In this document: positions 20,130 through 31,322 of the stretch, in pieces
Layout of the letters: each line of letters starts with the position of its first letter
Position numbering within the stretch: position 1 is the first letter of the stretch
Assembly (NCBI GenBank): GCA_963783375.1
Contig: CAWANH010000029.1
Coordinates: 1,152,001-1,216,000 of the forward strand
Direction of reading: 5' to 3'
Length of the DNA: 64,000 nt
Source of the DNA: Candidatus Eiseniibacteriota bacterium
Lineage (GTDB): Bacteria > Eisenbacteria > RBG-16-71-46 > JABDJR01
The notes under the pieces: model-generated
Seen by the model: the letters and a program-made list of their open reading frames with translations, nothing else
What the model was told of the DNA's origin: nothing
Database searches by the model: none
Made by a program: the position numbers and the translations under genes

Positions 20130-22418
20130 TCAGAGCGCGGCCAGGATCCGGCGGGCCTCCTCCGCCTCCGGACCCTTCGGATCGCCGGCCAGGTAGCGCT
20201 CCAGCTCCCGGCGCGCCCGGGCGGGCTCCCGGGCGACGGGGTTCAACGCGTGGAGGAGCCCGGCGGCCCGGATCACCTCCGGATCGGCGGGGACGGTTTC
20301 GGCAAGATAGCGGTCCAGGAACCCGGTGAGCTTCGCGAACCCCGGATACGCTTCGGGCCGGAGCGCCGAGGCCTCGGGTTGACAGAGGAGAATCGCGGCG
20401 CGAACGACGACGTCCTCCACCCGGCCGAGGTTCTCCGCCTCGAAGCTGGTGGGGTCGTAGCGGCGGAAGAAGCCGGCCAGCCGAAACCGCTCGAATTCGT
20501 TCAGGGCCTCGGCCGCCTGGTCTCCGAGGCCCGGCGCCTCTCCCTTGGGCGCCACGAGATCGACGAAGCCTCGGGGGACGAGATCGTAGCGCAGGGTGTA
20601 GCTCGTCTCCTTCACTCCGAGGAAGGCCGCCGGCCGCCGCCCGTTCAGGTGGTCCAGCCAGAGGACGTTCAACGTGCCGGGAAGCCCGGAGTACCGGTCG
20701 TCGGCCGGAGGGACCAACCCGGTGTTCGTGTAGGCGCGTTTCCGGTCGACGAAGAGGCTCTCGGGGGGGACGTCGCGGTCGATGCCCGCGATCTCGGTCG
20801 AGTCGAGGCTCACCAGCCGGTCGGGGGTCATGAAGCGAAGGCCGCCGGGCGCCCGGCCGAGGATCTTTCCCTCCAGCACCCGGCCCTCGGCGAGGCGCAC
20901 CCGCTCTCCCCCGCCGAGGGGCGGAAGGAGACCGGGGTGGCGGCGCCGGACCTCGCGCACGTACCAGCCCATGGTGAGAAGCTCCTGGTCCACCACGGTC
21001 ACGTCGGGGCGCTCCCCCTCCACCAGGGTGAGGTAGGCGAGGCCGTTGTGGAAGAGGTCCCCCTGGGTGAAGAGCACCGCGTTCGGAGGGAGCGAGGCGA
21101 GGACGTTCCGGTTGAGGTCCCCGGCGAAGGTGTTCCCGCGTTGATCCGCCAGGCGGAAGTGCGCGGCGAGGGGCCAGAGGCCGGCGGCGAGAACGAGTGC
21201 GAGGGCCGCCGCCGGCCGCGAGCGGTTCGGGAGGCGGGCGAGGAGCATCGCCGCGCCGAGCCCGGCGGCCAGGGCCAGCATCAGGTCGGGGAGGATGTAG
21301 AAGCGCTCCACCACCCCGAGATAGACCGCGGGGTGGGTGGGAAACCCGACCCGGGTGAAGAAGAGGGCCTGGAGGGCGAGGAACGCGGTCAGCACGAAGG
21401 CGAGGGCCCGCCGGCGACGGAGGGCGGTGGCCAGGCCGAGGATGGCCAGCGCCGTCCCGAGCGGGGTGAGATCGCGCCATACCGAGACCGCGTAGAGAAC
21501 TGCGTGGCTCCGGTCGGCGGTGAGCCCCGCCGCCTGGGGATCGAGACGCAAGGTGCCGTAGTCCATGCGGAGGAGGAGCCGCAGGAACGCTCGCCAGCCC
21601 TCGGGGTCGCCCCAGTTGAGCGCGGGGTGGCGCGCGGCGGTGATCGGAAGATAGGCGAGGACGGAGAGCCCCACCAGGAACACCGCAACCATCCAGGCGA
21701 GGGCTCGGGGGCCGAGCCGGTAGGGGCGGCGGTAGCCGGGAAGGAGTTTCCGCAGCCGGGGCTCCGGAAGCAGCACCAGGCACGCCGCGGCCAGGTCCAC
21801 CGGCAGGGCGAGGAGAACCAAGGTGTGGTGGTGCGCGGGAATGAGTCCGGTCAGGAGCGCAAGAAGAAAGAGCGGCCAGGGGCGGTTGCCTTCCCGTGGC
21901 GGTTCCGCGCCGAGTCCCGCGTGCTCGAGCATGTGGACGAAGGCGACCAGGATCGCCGCGGCGAAGACGCTCGAAAGGGCGAACACCTCGGCCACCAGGG
22001 CGTACTTCCAGAAGGGAGCGGCGAAGGCGAGCGTCAGCCCCGCCACGAACGCGCCGGGGGCCGAGCGGGTGAGCCGGTGGACGGCGTGGCCGAGGAGCGT
22101 CACCGCCCCCACCGAGAGCACCAGGGAGAAGAGGTTGAGCCGGAAGGCCACCGATCCCAACGGCACGAGGATGGCCCAGACGTGCGCGAGCAGGGTGTAG
22201 AGGGGATATCCGGGGGGATGCGCCACCCCGAGCGTCCAGGCCGCGGCGATGAGCTCGCCTGAGTCTCCGGCGGGCAGGCCGGGGTGGATCGTCCACGCGT
22301 AGACCACGGCGGCGATCGCTCCCGGGAGGAGGACCACGGAGAGGTTTCCCCCGCGCCGCGTCCCGCGCGGGGGGTCGCGGTCGAAGGCTCTGGTCGATGG
22401 TTCGGTTCGACTCGACAC
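20130..22418 (-). CDS. DUF2723/TMEM260-like membrane glycosyltransferase
   Basis: GDSGELIAAAWTLGVAHPPGYPLYTLL signature, multiple TM helices, LNWGDP; GTG start uncertain. Confidence 0.8.
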   Translation of the reverse strand: MSSRTEPSTRAFDRDPPRGTRRGGNLSVVLLPGAIAAVVYAWTIHPGLPAGDSGELIAAAWTLGVAHPPGYPLYTLLAHVWAILVPLGSVAFRLNLFSLVLSVGAVTLLGHAVHRLTRSAPGAFVAGLTLAFAAPFWKYALVAEVFALSSVFAAAILVAFVHMLEHAGLGAEPPREGNRPWPLFLLALLTGLIPAHHHTLVLLALPVDLAAACLVLLPEPRLRKLLPGYRRPYRLGPRALAWMVAVFLVGLSVLAYLPITAARHPALNWGDPEGWRAFLRLLLRMDYGTLRLDPQAAGLTADRSHAVLYAVSVWRDLTPLGTALAILGLATALRRRRALAFVLTAFLALQALFFTRVGFPTHPAVYLGVVERFYILPDLMLALAAGLGAAMLLARLPNRSRPAAALALVLAAGLWPLAAHFRLADQRGNTFAGDLNRNVLASLPPNAVLFTQGDLFHNGLAYLTLVEGERPDVTVVDQELLTMGWYVREVRRRHPGLLPPLGGGERVRLAEGRVLEGKILGRAPGGLRFMTPDRLVSLDSTEIAGIDRDVPPESLFVDRKRAYTNTGLVPPADDRYSGLPGTLNVLWLDHLNGRRPAAFLGVKETSYTLRYDLVPRGFVDLVAPKGEAPGLGDQAAEALNEFERFRLAGFFRRYDPTSFEAENLGRVEDVVVRAAILLCQPEASALRPEAYPGFAKLTGFLDRYLAETVPADPEVIRAAGLLHALNPVAREPARARRELERYLAGDPKGPEAEEARRILAAL

Positions 22419-22618
22419 AAATCCTCGGGGTGACGCGCGCCGCGGCCCGCCGGTCGCCGTCCGGAGTAAGGAACGAACGCGCCCGCCTCGGCCCGTCCGT
22501 TTCCGCCACAAGGTTAACTGACTGTAGGAGAACGCAGTACCCGGGTAAAGCCCGAACCGCCGGCATCTGCGATAATCGTCCGAACCCAAGAGCGACCGCC
22601 CCATCCCAAGGAGTCCTC

Positions 22619-23107
22619 ATGCCCTATACCCCCATCATCGGTACCCTCGGCTACGTGCTCTCCCCCGACCGCGCGCAAACGCTTCTCATCCACCGAAACG
22701 CCCGCCCCGACGACCAGCACCTGGGGAAATACAACGGACTGGGGGGGAAGATGGATCCTCACGAGGACGTGGTGACCTGCATGCGCCGGGAGATCCACGA
22801 GGAGGCGGGGATCCAGTGCGCGGAGATGGCGCTTCGGGGTACCATCAACTGGACGGGATTCGGTCCGCACGGCGAGGACTGGCTGGGGTTCATCTTCCGC
22901 ATCGACCGCTTCACCGGGACGCCGCTGGCCGAGAACCCGGAAGGGAGCCTGGTGTGGCATCCGGTGGACCGACTCCTGGAACTCCCTCTCTGGGAAGGCG
23001 ACCGGCACTTCCTCGACCTGGTGTTCGACGACGATCCGCGGACCTTTCACGGGGTCATGCCCTACGAGAACGACCGGCCCCTCTCCTGGAGCTACGTGCG
23101 GATCTGA
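22619..23107 (+). CDS. Nudix hydrolase (8-oxo-dGTP diphosphatase/MutX-like)
   Basis: KYNGLGGK...REIHEEAG Nudix box, LWEGD; AGGAG RBS. Confidence 0.85.
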   Translation: MPYTPIIGTLGYVLSPDRAQTLLIHRNARPDDQHLGKYNGLGGKMDPHEDVVTCMRREIHEEAGIQCAEMALRGTINWTGFGPHGEDWLGFIFRIDRFTGTPLAENPEGSLVWHPVDRLLELPLWEGDRHFLDLVFDDDPRTFHGVMPYENDRPLSWSYVRI

Positions 23108-23134
23108 TCCCCCGACGATCGCCGGCATGAAAAC

Positions 23135-23162
23135 GGGGCGGACCCGACAACGGGCCCGCCCC
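23135..23162. terminator. GC-rich hairpin between convergent genes, probable bidirectional terminator
   Basis: GGGGCGGACCCG-ACAA-CGGGCCCGCCCC with A-run upstream and T-rich bases downstream. Confidence 0.6.
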
Positions 23163-23193
23163 TTCGTTCATCGCGTTCCTGGCCGCGATCCGA

Positions 23194-26100
23194 TCACCGC
23201 ACCACGAACACCTTCTTCACCTGGGTCAGCCCCGGCGCCTGGATCCGGTAGAAGTACATGCCGCTCGGCATGGTCCGCCCGCCGGAGTCCCGGCCGTCCC
23301 AGTCGATCCGGTGGGCCCCCGCCGAGAGGTCCTCGTTCACCAGGGTCCGGACCCGCTGGCCCAGCACGTTATAGATCTCGACCAGCACCGGACCGGTGGC
23401 CGGTAGCACCAGCGTTCCCGGCTCCTGGGCGGTGGACGGATCCGACGTCGCGTCGCCCGGATCGGTGGGCGTCCCCGGATCGTTTCCGTTCCCCCAGGGG
23501 AGGAGCGTGTTGAAGGTGATCGGCTCCCCCAGGGCCAGGATGTCCGGCACCAGGTAGTCCGTCCCGTCCTGGGTCCGGTAGTGGAGCCCCAGGGGAACCG
23601 GCTTGGGGTTCGCCTTCACCTTCCCCGGGTCCGTCCCCAGGTCGGCGGCGAGCGCGGCCAGCCGGCGCACCGCGTTCCCGTCGTACATGAGCACCAGGTC
23701 GGGGAGCCCGTCTCCGGTCACCTCGGTCACCAGGTGGTAGTTGGGCTTCACCACCCCGAAGGTGTTGCCGACGTAGGCCTGGAGCGGGAGCACCCCCGAC
23801 ACGTCGAAGCCGTCGCCGGACGGGATGACCAGGGTGTAGGACACGGCGTTCCCGTCGAGGTCGGCGCCGGTGGCGGTGAACCCGGCCGAGCACACCGCTC
23901 CCCCGCCCTGATCGTGCGGAACGCGAACGTAGGTCGTGTCCCAGGCCATGTTGTCGCTGGCGTCGGTGGCCCGATGGATGACCGTGTACAGCCGGCCGCC
24001 CCCGCCTCCCTGCCGCTCGGACCGGAGGGAGAACATGACGTCCGCGGTTTCGGTGACCGCGTCCTGTATGTCGTCGACGGTGTTCCCGTCCCCCTTGCCG
24101 TTGTCCGGCTCGCTGGATTCGATGCTCTCCAGCACGAAGGTGGGGTTCGGGTCGCAGACGTCGCTCACCGTGACGTCGGCCTCGATCGGGGCCATCTTGT
24201 GGTTCGGAGGCCAGAGACAGTCCCGGTTCAGCTCCACCAGGATCTCCGGCGGCGTGGTGTCCTCCACCGTCACCGTGGCGGTGCAGGTCTCGGTGTTGCC
24301 GCAGGCGTCGGTCGCGGTGAAGGTGACCACCCTCGACCCGAGCACGAAGTAGTCCGGCGCATCGTTGGTGATGACCGGGTTCGCGGTGCAGTTGTCGCTG
24401 GCCGAGACCCCGGCGAAGAACGCCGTGAGCTGCGGGTCGGTCTTGGGGGTCCCCAGGTGCGACGTGCACTCGACCGTGGTGTCCGCCGGACAGGTGATCA
24501 CCGGCTTGATGCTGTCGATGACGTCCACCGTCTTCACGCAATCGGTGGCCGCATTTCCGCAGACGTCGTCGGCCTGGACGGTCAGCCTGACCGTGGCCGG
24601 GCAGCTCGTCAGAGCCGAGACCGTCACGCTCCCGGTGAAGGTCACGGTCTTCTCGTCCACCGCGGTCGGGGTCACCGAGACCGTGCCGTGGGAGGCGTTA
24701 CCGGTGATGACGTCGACGGAGACCGAGAACCCGTCGACGGCCATGGCCATGTCGTCGGTGATGCTTCCGCTGAAGGTCACCGTGGCCTCGCAGGACCCGT
24801 CCACCGAACCTCCGACCACGCTGCAGGAGATCGTGGGGGGACCGGCGTCCAGGGTGCAGAGGGCCTGCACCATGTCCAGCCGGCCGGCGCCGGCGTTGTT
24901 GTCGGGACCGGCGGCGTCGATGTCCACCGCCGAGGCGTTGAAGGCGGCGGCCACCTGGGCCGGGGTGAGGGTCGGATCGGCTTCCAGGAGCAGCGCGGCC
25001 AGCCCGGCGATGTGCGGGGTGGAGGCCGAGGTCCCGAAGAAACCGCACCCGCCGGCGGGAACCGGCGGACAGGAGCTTCCGCAGGCGAAGCAGCCGGCGC
25101 CGGAAACCGTGACGCCGTCGGTGGCCGCGCCGTCCGGTTTCAGGATGCTGGTCTGGGCCGGGAAGAAGCGGAGCGCGGGCCCGCGGCTGGAGTAGCTGGT
25201 GACGATGCTCGGGGAGGAGGCGTTGACCGCGGCGGCCACGTAGACCTGGGGCATCCGCGAGGCGCCGTTCAGGCTCCCGGCCTTCACCAGGTACTGGTCG
25301 TAGGAGAGGCCGCCGGCGAAGCTCCGGAGATCGATGAACACGTTCGGGGCCGAGCCGCCCACGTGGTCCACGACGATCTGGCCCGGGTTCCCCGCGGTGG
25401 CCGCGAAGGAAACGAACTCCGACGGGTTGTCGTTGCCGTTCTGGGTGTTGGTGGAGCTGGCGAGGATGTTGCCGGCGCCGTCCAGGACGTAGAGGTCGAG
25501 GTCCACTCCTGCGCTTCCGTAGAGTTCGCTCCACTGGAGTTCGATGTCGTTCTGGGCGGCGAGGGTGATGTTGAGGGTCACGTCGCCGCCGGCGAAGGCG
25601 TGCGGGTTGCTGAAGTTGGTGGGGCCGACGCTGGTGGCCCCGGCGCCGCTGAAGTTCCCCTGGTAGTGCTGGTTGCCGCGGTTCCCCGCCGAACAGGTGT
25701 AGAAGATGCCCGCGGCCACCGCGGCCTGCTTGGCCTGGGCGATGGGACCGTCCTCGAACAGCGGCTCCTCGGGGTGCGGCAGATCGTCGGTGATGATGTT
25801 CATGCCGGCGATCGCGGACAGGCTGGTGATGGCGTTGATCATGTTCGTCGTGCTCGGGTTCCCGCCGCAGAAGGCCAGGGTCGCGCCCGGGGCGAGATCG
25901 GCCACGATCTCGAGCATGGCCGTCCCCTCGTCCCCGGAGCCCGTGCAGCCCCCGGGGACGTTGACCGCGGGAAGCTCACCCCAACCCTGGGAGGTGGCCA
26001 GGCTCGTGACCCCGTCGGAGATCACCCCCACCGTGACCCCGGCGCCGGTGAGATTGAACGCCGCACGCGCGTCGTCGGCGTTGTGGATGGCGTCGCCCTC

Positions 26101-26679
26101 GGTGACCCGGGGGCCGAGGTCGGTGAACGAGGGCAGCATGTGCCGGATGAAGCGCACGTCGGACCGGGCGGCGAACTCCGAGAGCCGGGCGGCCGGGATC
26201 CACGCGGTGAGGTAGCCGTAGCCGCGGGCGACCTCGTCGAGGCGGCCCCCGATCGAGCGGAAATAGGCGTCGTCGAAGGACCCCACGTAGTCGACCTTGC
26301 ACTCCACGAGGAGGCGGCCGTCGGCGTCGATCGGCACCTCGTCGGTCGAGAAGGCCCTGGCTTCGATCAGCCGGGCCGGGGCAAGCACCCCTTCCGCTCC
26401 CAGGAATGCGAGCCGGTCGCGGATCATCGCATCGATCTTCTGGTCGGATTCCGAGAGGGCGCTCTTGGTGGCCCGGGCCACCGCGGGGGTGGTGACCGGC
26501 TGGTACACCGCGGGAACACCGGCCCGCTCGGCGGCGGCGCGCGCGGCCATCACGTCGGCCGGAAAGGGTTCCTGGGCCATGGCGGTCCCGGCCAGGACCA
26601 GGATCGCAAGGGCGAGCCCGGCCGGGATGACGGTTCGATTCAGGAATTTGCGGAGGGAGAGATATGCGGCGAACTTCAT
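23194..26679 (-). CDS. Secreted S8/S53-like serine protease with HYR/Ig domains and C-terminal FlgD-Ig domain
   Basis: Signal peptide; VGVISDG, DEGTAMLEIV, SAGN, FFGTSASTPHIAG; C-terminal YNVLGQRVRTL...WDGRD...SGMYFYR. Confidence 0.8.
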   Translation of the reverse strand: MKFAAYLSLRKFLNRTVIPAGLALAILVLAGTAMAQEPFPADVMAARAAAERAGVPAVYQPVTTPAVARATKSALSESDQKIDAMIRDRLAFLGAEGVLAPARLIEARAFSTDEVPIDADGRLLVECKVDYVGSFDDAYFRSIGGRLDEVARGYGYLTAWIPAARLSEFAARSDVRFIRHMLPSFTDLGPRVTEGDAIHNADDARAAFNLTGAGVTVGVISDGVTSLATSQGWGELPAVNVPGGCTGSGDEGTAMLEIVADLAPGATLAFCGGNPSTTNMINAITSLSAIAGMNIITDDLPHPEEPLFEDGPIAQAKQAAVAAGIFYTCSAGNRGNQHYQGNFSGAGATSVGPTNFSNPHAFAGGDVTLNITLAAQNDIELQWSELYGSAGVDLDLYVLDGAGNILASSTNTQNGNDNPSEFVSFAATAGNPGQIVVDHVGGSAPNVFIDLRSFAGGLSYDQYLVKAGSLNGASRMPQVYVAAAVNASSPSIVTSYSSRGPALRFFPAQTSILKPDGAATDGVTVSGAGCFACGSSCPPVPAGGCGFFGTSASTPHIAGLAALLLEADPTLTPAQVAAAFNASAVDIDAAGPDNNAGAGRLDMVQALCTLDAGPPTISCSVVGGSVDGSCEATVTFSGSITDDMAMAVDGFSVSVDVITGNASHGTVSVTPTAVDEKTVTFTGSVTVSALTSCPATVRLTVQADDVCGNAATDCVKTVDVIDSIKPVITCPADTTVECTSHLGTPKTDPQLTAFFAGVSASDNCTANPVITNDAPDYFVLGSRVVTFTATDACGNTETCTATVTVEDTTPPEILVELNRDCLWPPNHKMAPIEADVTVSDVCDPNPTFVLESIESSEPDNGKGDGNTVDDIQDAVTETADVMFSLRSERQGGGGGRLYTVIHRATDASDNMAWDTTYVRVPHDQGGGAVCSAGFTATGADLDGNAVSYTLVIPSGDGFDVSGVLPLQAYVGNTFGVVKPNYHLVTEVTGDGLPDLVLMYDGNAVRRLAALAADLGTDPGKVKANPKPVPLGLHYRTQDGTDYLVPDILALGEPITFNTLLPWGNGNDPGTPTDPGDATSDPSTAQEPGTLVLPATGPVLVEIYNVLGQRVRTLVNEDLSAGAHRIDWDGRDSGGRTMPSGMYFYRIQAPGLTQVKKVFVVR

Positions 26680-26882
26680 GTTGAGCTCCGTTCTGGATAG
26701 GGGGACCGGGGAGCAGGCCGCCTTCAACCGGAGAGAGTCGGGAGACGGCAACGTGGCCAGTGTACCCGGATGATAGACAATTTCAATGGATAAAAGTGAC
26801 TGGTAATATTACCCGACAGGAGATGTCGGTTTTTCTGCCAATGGAGGAGCAGCCCCGGGCCGGAGCATCCCGATCCCCGGAT

Positions 26883-28628
26883 TCAACGGCCCAGAACGGC
26901 GGCCGACCCTCCCGGAAGTAACATCGTGTTTCCCTCCACCGAGATTCCCTCGTCGGAGGCCAGGAGCACGGCGCGGGGGCGATCGGGGGCGACCGGGATC
27001 CGCGCCGGGGCCTCGGAAAGGTTGGCGCAGATCGTTACCGGTCCCCGCTCCATCCGGATCCAGCCCGCCCCCGCGTCGAACTCCACCCGAACCGCTCCGC
27101 GGTCCCCGTCGGTGAGGGCGGGATGGGCGCGCCGAATCCGGAGCAGATCGCGATACCAGGCCAGCGTGGAACGGTGGGGCTCGCGGTCAGGCTCGGCCCA
27201 GTCGAGGCGGGAGCGTTCGAAAGTCGCCGGGTCCTGGGGATCGGGCACCTCCTCCGGCGCCCAGCCGAAGGCCGCGAACTCCCGGCGCCGGCCGTCGCGC
27301 ACCGCTTCGGCCAGGGCCGGGTCCCGATGGTCGGTGAAGTACTGGAAGGGGGCGGTGGCTCCCCATTCCTCGCCCTGGAAGAGCATGGGAACGAAGGGGG
27401 CGCAGAGCACCACCGCCGCCGCCGCCCGCACCCGGCCCGGGCTCACGAGATGGCCGATCCGTTCCCCCCGGGCGCGGTTTCCCACCTGGTCGTGGGTCTG
27501 GAGATAGCCCAGGAACCGGTTGCCGGAGAGCCCGGTCGCCGGCCGACCGTGGCGGCGTCGGCGGAAGGCGGAGTAGCGTCCGTCGTAGACGTAGGCGTCG
27601 GTCAGCGCCTTGGCCACGTCTCCCAGGCCCTCGAAGTCCTCGTAGTAGCCGCTGCGTTCCCCGGTCAGGGCCACGTGGAGGGCGTGATGGAGATCGTCCG
27701 ACCACTGGGCGTCGATGCCGTAGCCGCCGTGCTCCCGGGGGCGCACGATCCGCGGATCGTTGAGGTTGCTTTCGGCGATCAGCACCCGGGAACGGCCGGT
27801 CTCGCGCTCCAGCGCATCCACCTCGGCCGCCAGCTGCTCCAGGATGTGCACCGCCGAGGTGTCCACGATGGCGTGGACGGCGTCGATCCGGAGCCCGTCC
27901 AGGTGATAGTCCCGCAGCCACATGAGCGCGTTGTCGCAGAAGAACCGGCGCACCTCGTCGCTATCGGAACCGTCCAGGTTCACCGCGTCTCCCCAGGGAG
28001 TGCGGTAGCGGTCGGTGAAGTACGGGCCGAACCGGCCCAGGTAATTCCCCTCCGGGCCGAGGTGGTTGTAGACCACGTCCAGGAGCACGGCGAGGCCCCG
28101 GGCGTGGCCGGCGTCCACCAGGCGTTTGAGCCCGTCGGGACCGCCGTAGGCCTCGTGGGGAGCGAAGAGGTTCACCCCGTCGTAGCCCCAGCCGCGGGTT
28201 CCGGAGAACCCGTTCACCGGCATCAGCCCGAGGTGGGTGATCCCCAGGTCCTTCAGGTGATCCAGGCGCGCCGTGACCCCGTCGAACGTCCCCTCCGGCG
28301 AGAACGTCCCCACGTGGAGTTCGTACACCGAGGCCCCGGCGAAGGGTTCGGGTACGAACCCCGCGTCGGTCCAGGCGAACGCCGCGTGATCCACCGTTTG
28401 CGAGGGACCGTGGACTCCGCGGGGCTGGCGCGGGGAGCGGGGATCGGGAAGCGGCGCCCCCCCGTCGAGAGAGAAGGCGTATTCGGTTCCGGGAGGGACG
28501 GCGGCCGCCGCCGCCCACCATCCCCCGCCGGTCCGTTCCATGTCGAGCCGCCGCTCCCCCAGCGCGAGAGCCACCGCGTCCGCGCGGGGGGCCCAGACCC
28601 GGATCGGCTCGATCGCGCGGTCCGTCAT
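26883..28628 (-). CDS. treZ: Malto-oligosyltrehalose trehalohydrolase
   Basis: RVWAP, YELHVGTF, WGYDG, LRIDAVHAI, IAES, HDQVGNR. Confidence 0.92.
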   Translation of the reverse strand: MTDRAIEPIRVWAPRADAVALALGERRLDMERTGGGWWAAAAAVPPGTEYAFSLDGGAPLPDPRSPRQPRGVHGPSQTVDHAAFAWTDAGFVPEPFAGASVYELHVGTFSPEGTFDGVTARLDHLKDLGITHLGLMPVNGFSGTRGWGYDGVNLFAPHEAYGGPDGLKRLVDAGHARGLAVLLDVVYNHLGPEGNYLGRFGPYFTDRYRTPWGDAVNLDGSDSDEVRRFFCDNALMWLRDYHLDGLRIDAVHAIVDTSAVHILEQLAAEVDALERETGRSRVLIAESNLNDPRIVRPREHGGYGIDAQWSDDLHHALHVALTGERSGYYEDFEGLGDVAKALTDAYVYDGRYSAFRRRRHGRPATGLSGNRFLGYLQTHDQVGNRARGERIGHLVSPGRVRAAAAVVLCAPFVPMLFQGEEWGATAPFQYFTDHRDPALAEAVRDGRRREFAAFGWAPEEVPDPQDPATFERSRLDWAEPDREPHRSTLAWYRDLLRIRRAHPALTDGDRGAVRVEFDAGAGWIRMERGPVTICANLSEAPARIPVAPDRPRAVLLASDEGISVEGNTMLLPGGSAAVLGR

Positions 28629-28671
28629 GGTGCAATCCGTCCCCGGCGGAACCGGCGGCGCCCCGAACCCA

Positions 28672-31321
28672 TCATTCCGCCCGAACCAGGAGGGCGACCG
28701 GGAACCGGGAGAGAAGATCCTCGACCGGACGCGCGCCGCCGGAAACCGCATCGCCGGTGAGAACGTTCCGCCAGCTTCCCTCGGGAAGCTCGACCGCCGC
28801 GTGGGCCCACACCGCCCCGAGCCGGACGCTCTGCCGCGGGACCAGGGTGGCCGCGGCCTCGGCCCGAATGTAGGCCACCGCGTGGTCGGCACGGGCGCCC
28901 GCCACGTCCAGTCGCCGGTAGCCTGCCTGGTCTCCGAACCACTCGGGGTGCTCTCCGCGAACTTCCAGGGCGCGCCGGATCACCCAGAGCTTGGGGAGCC
29001 CCTCGTCCATCCGGGCGAGGACCGCTTCAGGGTCGAGCCCCTCCAGTTCGGCCAGAAGCCGCCGCCGGAGCTCGAAGTCCACCGGGCGCCGGTTGTCGGG
29101 ATCGACCAGGCTCAGGTCCCAGAGCTCGGATCCCTGGTAGAAGTCCGGCACCCCGGGGGCGGTGAGCTTGACGAGGATCTGGGCCAGGGAGTTCACGCGC
29201 CCCGCTTCCACCACCGGCGGGAGGAAGGCCTGGAGATCGGACCGGAAGACCTCGTCCTCCAGCGCCCCGCGAACGAAGGCGAGGAGGGCCTCCTCGTAGG
29301 CGGGATCGGGGCGGCCCCATGAGGTGTGGACCTTGGCCTCGCGCACCGCCTTCTGCATGGCCGCCCCCGCCCGTTCCACGTCGAGGGGCCACGCCCCCAC
29401 CAGGGTCTGGTAGAAGAGGTACTCGGCGTTCCGGTCGGGAAAGTCCCCCCGGCGATGGCGTTCGTTGTGCTCCGACCACCGGCGGACCGCGGCCGTCCAG
29501 CGATCCGGAATCTCCGAGAGCACGGCAAGGCGAGCGCGTACGTCCTCGCTCCGCTTGGTATCGTGGGTCGAGGTGGCGAGCATGGCCCGGGGGCGAGTGG
29601 CCGAGGCCTCGGAGAGGGCGGCATGGAACTCGTCCAACCCCAGGCCGAACCGGCTGGGATCCCCCCCACCTCGTTCAGGGCCACGAAGCGGTTGTAGGAG
29701 TAGAACGCGGTGTCCTCCACCCCCTTGGCCGCGACCGGTCCGGTGAGCTGCTGGAAGCGCATGACCAGCTCCCCTTCCGGATCGCCCCGATGGGTGAGGA
29801 GCAGGATGTCGCGGAGGAAGTCGAACAGCTCGGGATCGAGATCGGGACAGCGGGTCCGGGCCGCGTCCAGGGCGTCGCGCACCATCCGCGCGTCCTCCTC
29901 CCGGATCTCGCCTGCCTGGGCCCGGACGTAGGTGCGATAGACGGGAAAGCTGGCCAGGGCCTGGCGCAGGGCCTCGTGGACCTCGGGGCGGGTGTAGTCC
30001 CGGTAGCGCCGGTGCTGCTCACAGACCCGGAGAAGCAGGTGGGTGAGCCGGTTGAGATCGCTACCCAGGATCTCGTCCATCACCTGGAGCTTCTTCTCCA
30101 GCTCGAGGGCGGGGTAGTCGGAGGGCGCTCCGGTGAACTCCTCGTAGAATCGGGTCAGGGGAGCTTCCCCCGCCGGGTCCACCAGGAGCCCGTTCACCGC
30201 GTTCAGGAAGTCGTAGCCGGTGGTGCCGGCCACCGGCCACCGGGGGGGAGCGTCTCCCCCGCCCCCAGGATCTTCTCCACCACGATCCATGCCTCGGGAG
30301 CCGCTTCCCGCAACCGGCGGAGGTAGCGGCCGGGGTCGCGAAGCCCGTCCGGATGATCGATCCGCAGCCCGTCCGCGGCGCCCTGGGCGAGCCAGTCCAG
30401 GATGAGCCGGTGAGTGTCCTCGAACACCGTCTCGTCCTCCACCCGGAGGGCGATCAGGGTGTTGATGTCGAAGAACCGTCGATAGCCCAGATCGCTCCGC
30501 GCGGTCCGCCAGTAAGCCAGGCGATAGTTCTGCCGCTCCAGGAACGCGTCCATGGCGTCCGGATAGGCGTTCATCTCCTCCACCAGCTCGTCCACCGCGG
30601 CCGCGGTCTCCGGCTGCTCGTCCAGGAGCCGGGCGAGCTGCTTCCGGATCACTTCCTTGTCCCGATGCCGGCGGAGCACGCTCTCCCGATCCACCGCGGT
30701 GGGCAGGGGGAGCCGCTCCAGGGAATCGGCGATGAAGGCCAAGTCGTCCGAGCCGACCCGGGCCCCCGCGCGGGCGGCGATCCCGTCCAGGGACCGCGGG
30801 GCGGCCGGAAGCAGGTGATCGTAGTAGCGGACCAGGAACGTCCCCTCCCGGCGTTCCAGCCGGATCTCCTTCGACTCCACCACGCGTCCGTAGTGATCGC
30901 CCAGGATGGGAATGAGCACCTTGTTGGCCGGCCGGGCTTCGGGGGTCTCCCATTCCACGTCGAAGTAGGCGGCATACCGGCTCGAGGGGCCGTTCTCCAG
31001 CACGTCCCACCACCAGGTGTTCTCGGGGCCGGTGATGGCCATGTGGTTGGGAACCACGTCGAGAATCTGCCCCAGGCCGTGGGCCTCGAGGGCGGCGAGG
31101 AGCCGCGCGTGCCCCTCGGCGCCCCCCAGCTCCTCGTTCACCTTCCCCGGATCCACCACGTCGTAGCCGTGGGTGCTTCCCGGCGCGGCCTGGAGATAGG
31201 GGGAGGCGTAGAGGTGGCTCACCCCGAGGGCGACCAGGTAGTCGGCCGCGGCGGCCGCCCGGTCGAAACCGAATCCCGCGTGCAGCTGAAGACGATAGGT
31301 GGCTCGGAGATTGCGGTCCAT
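28672..31321 (-). CDS. treY: Malto-oligosyltrehalose synthase, split by two frameshifts (~30243, ~29665)
   Basis: ATYRLQ, GSTHGYDV, GLRIDHPDGL; GTTGYDF, AKGVEDTAFY, LNEVGG; STHDTKRSED, LVDPDNRRPVD in three consecutive frames; shifts sit in 7-base G/C runs. Confidence 0.88.
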
Positions 31322-31322
31322 G

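Noticed and set aside
16980-22262. Apparent 1760 aa ORF
   Set aside because: Only 17832 to ~19365 is MaeB; the rest is off-frame read-through caused by the frameshift and overlaps the DUF2723 gene antisense
28672-31321. treY as a split gene or programmed frameshift
   Set aside because: Both shifts are in 7-base homopolymers, matching the error pattern elsewhere in the window
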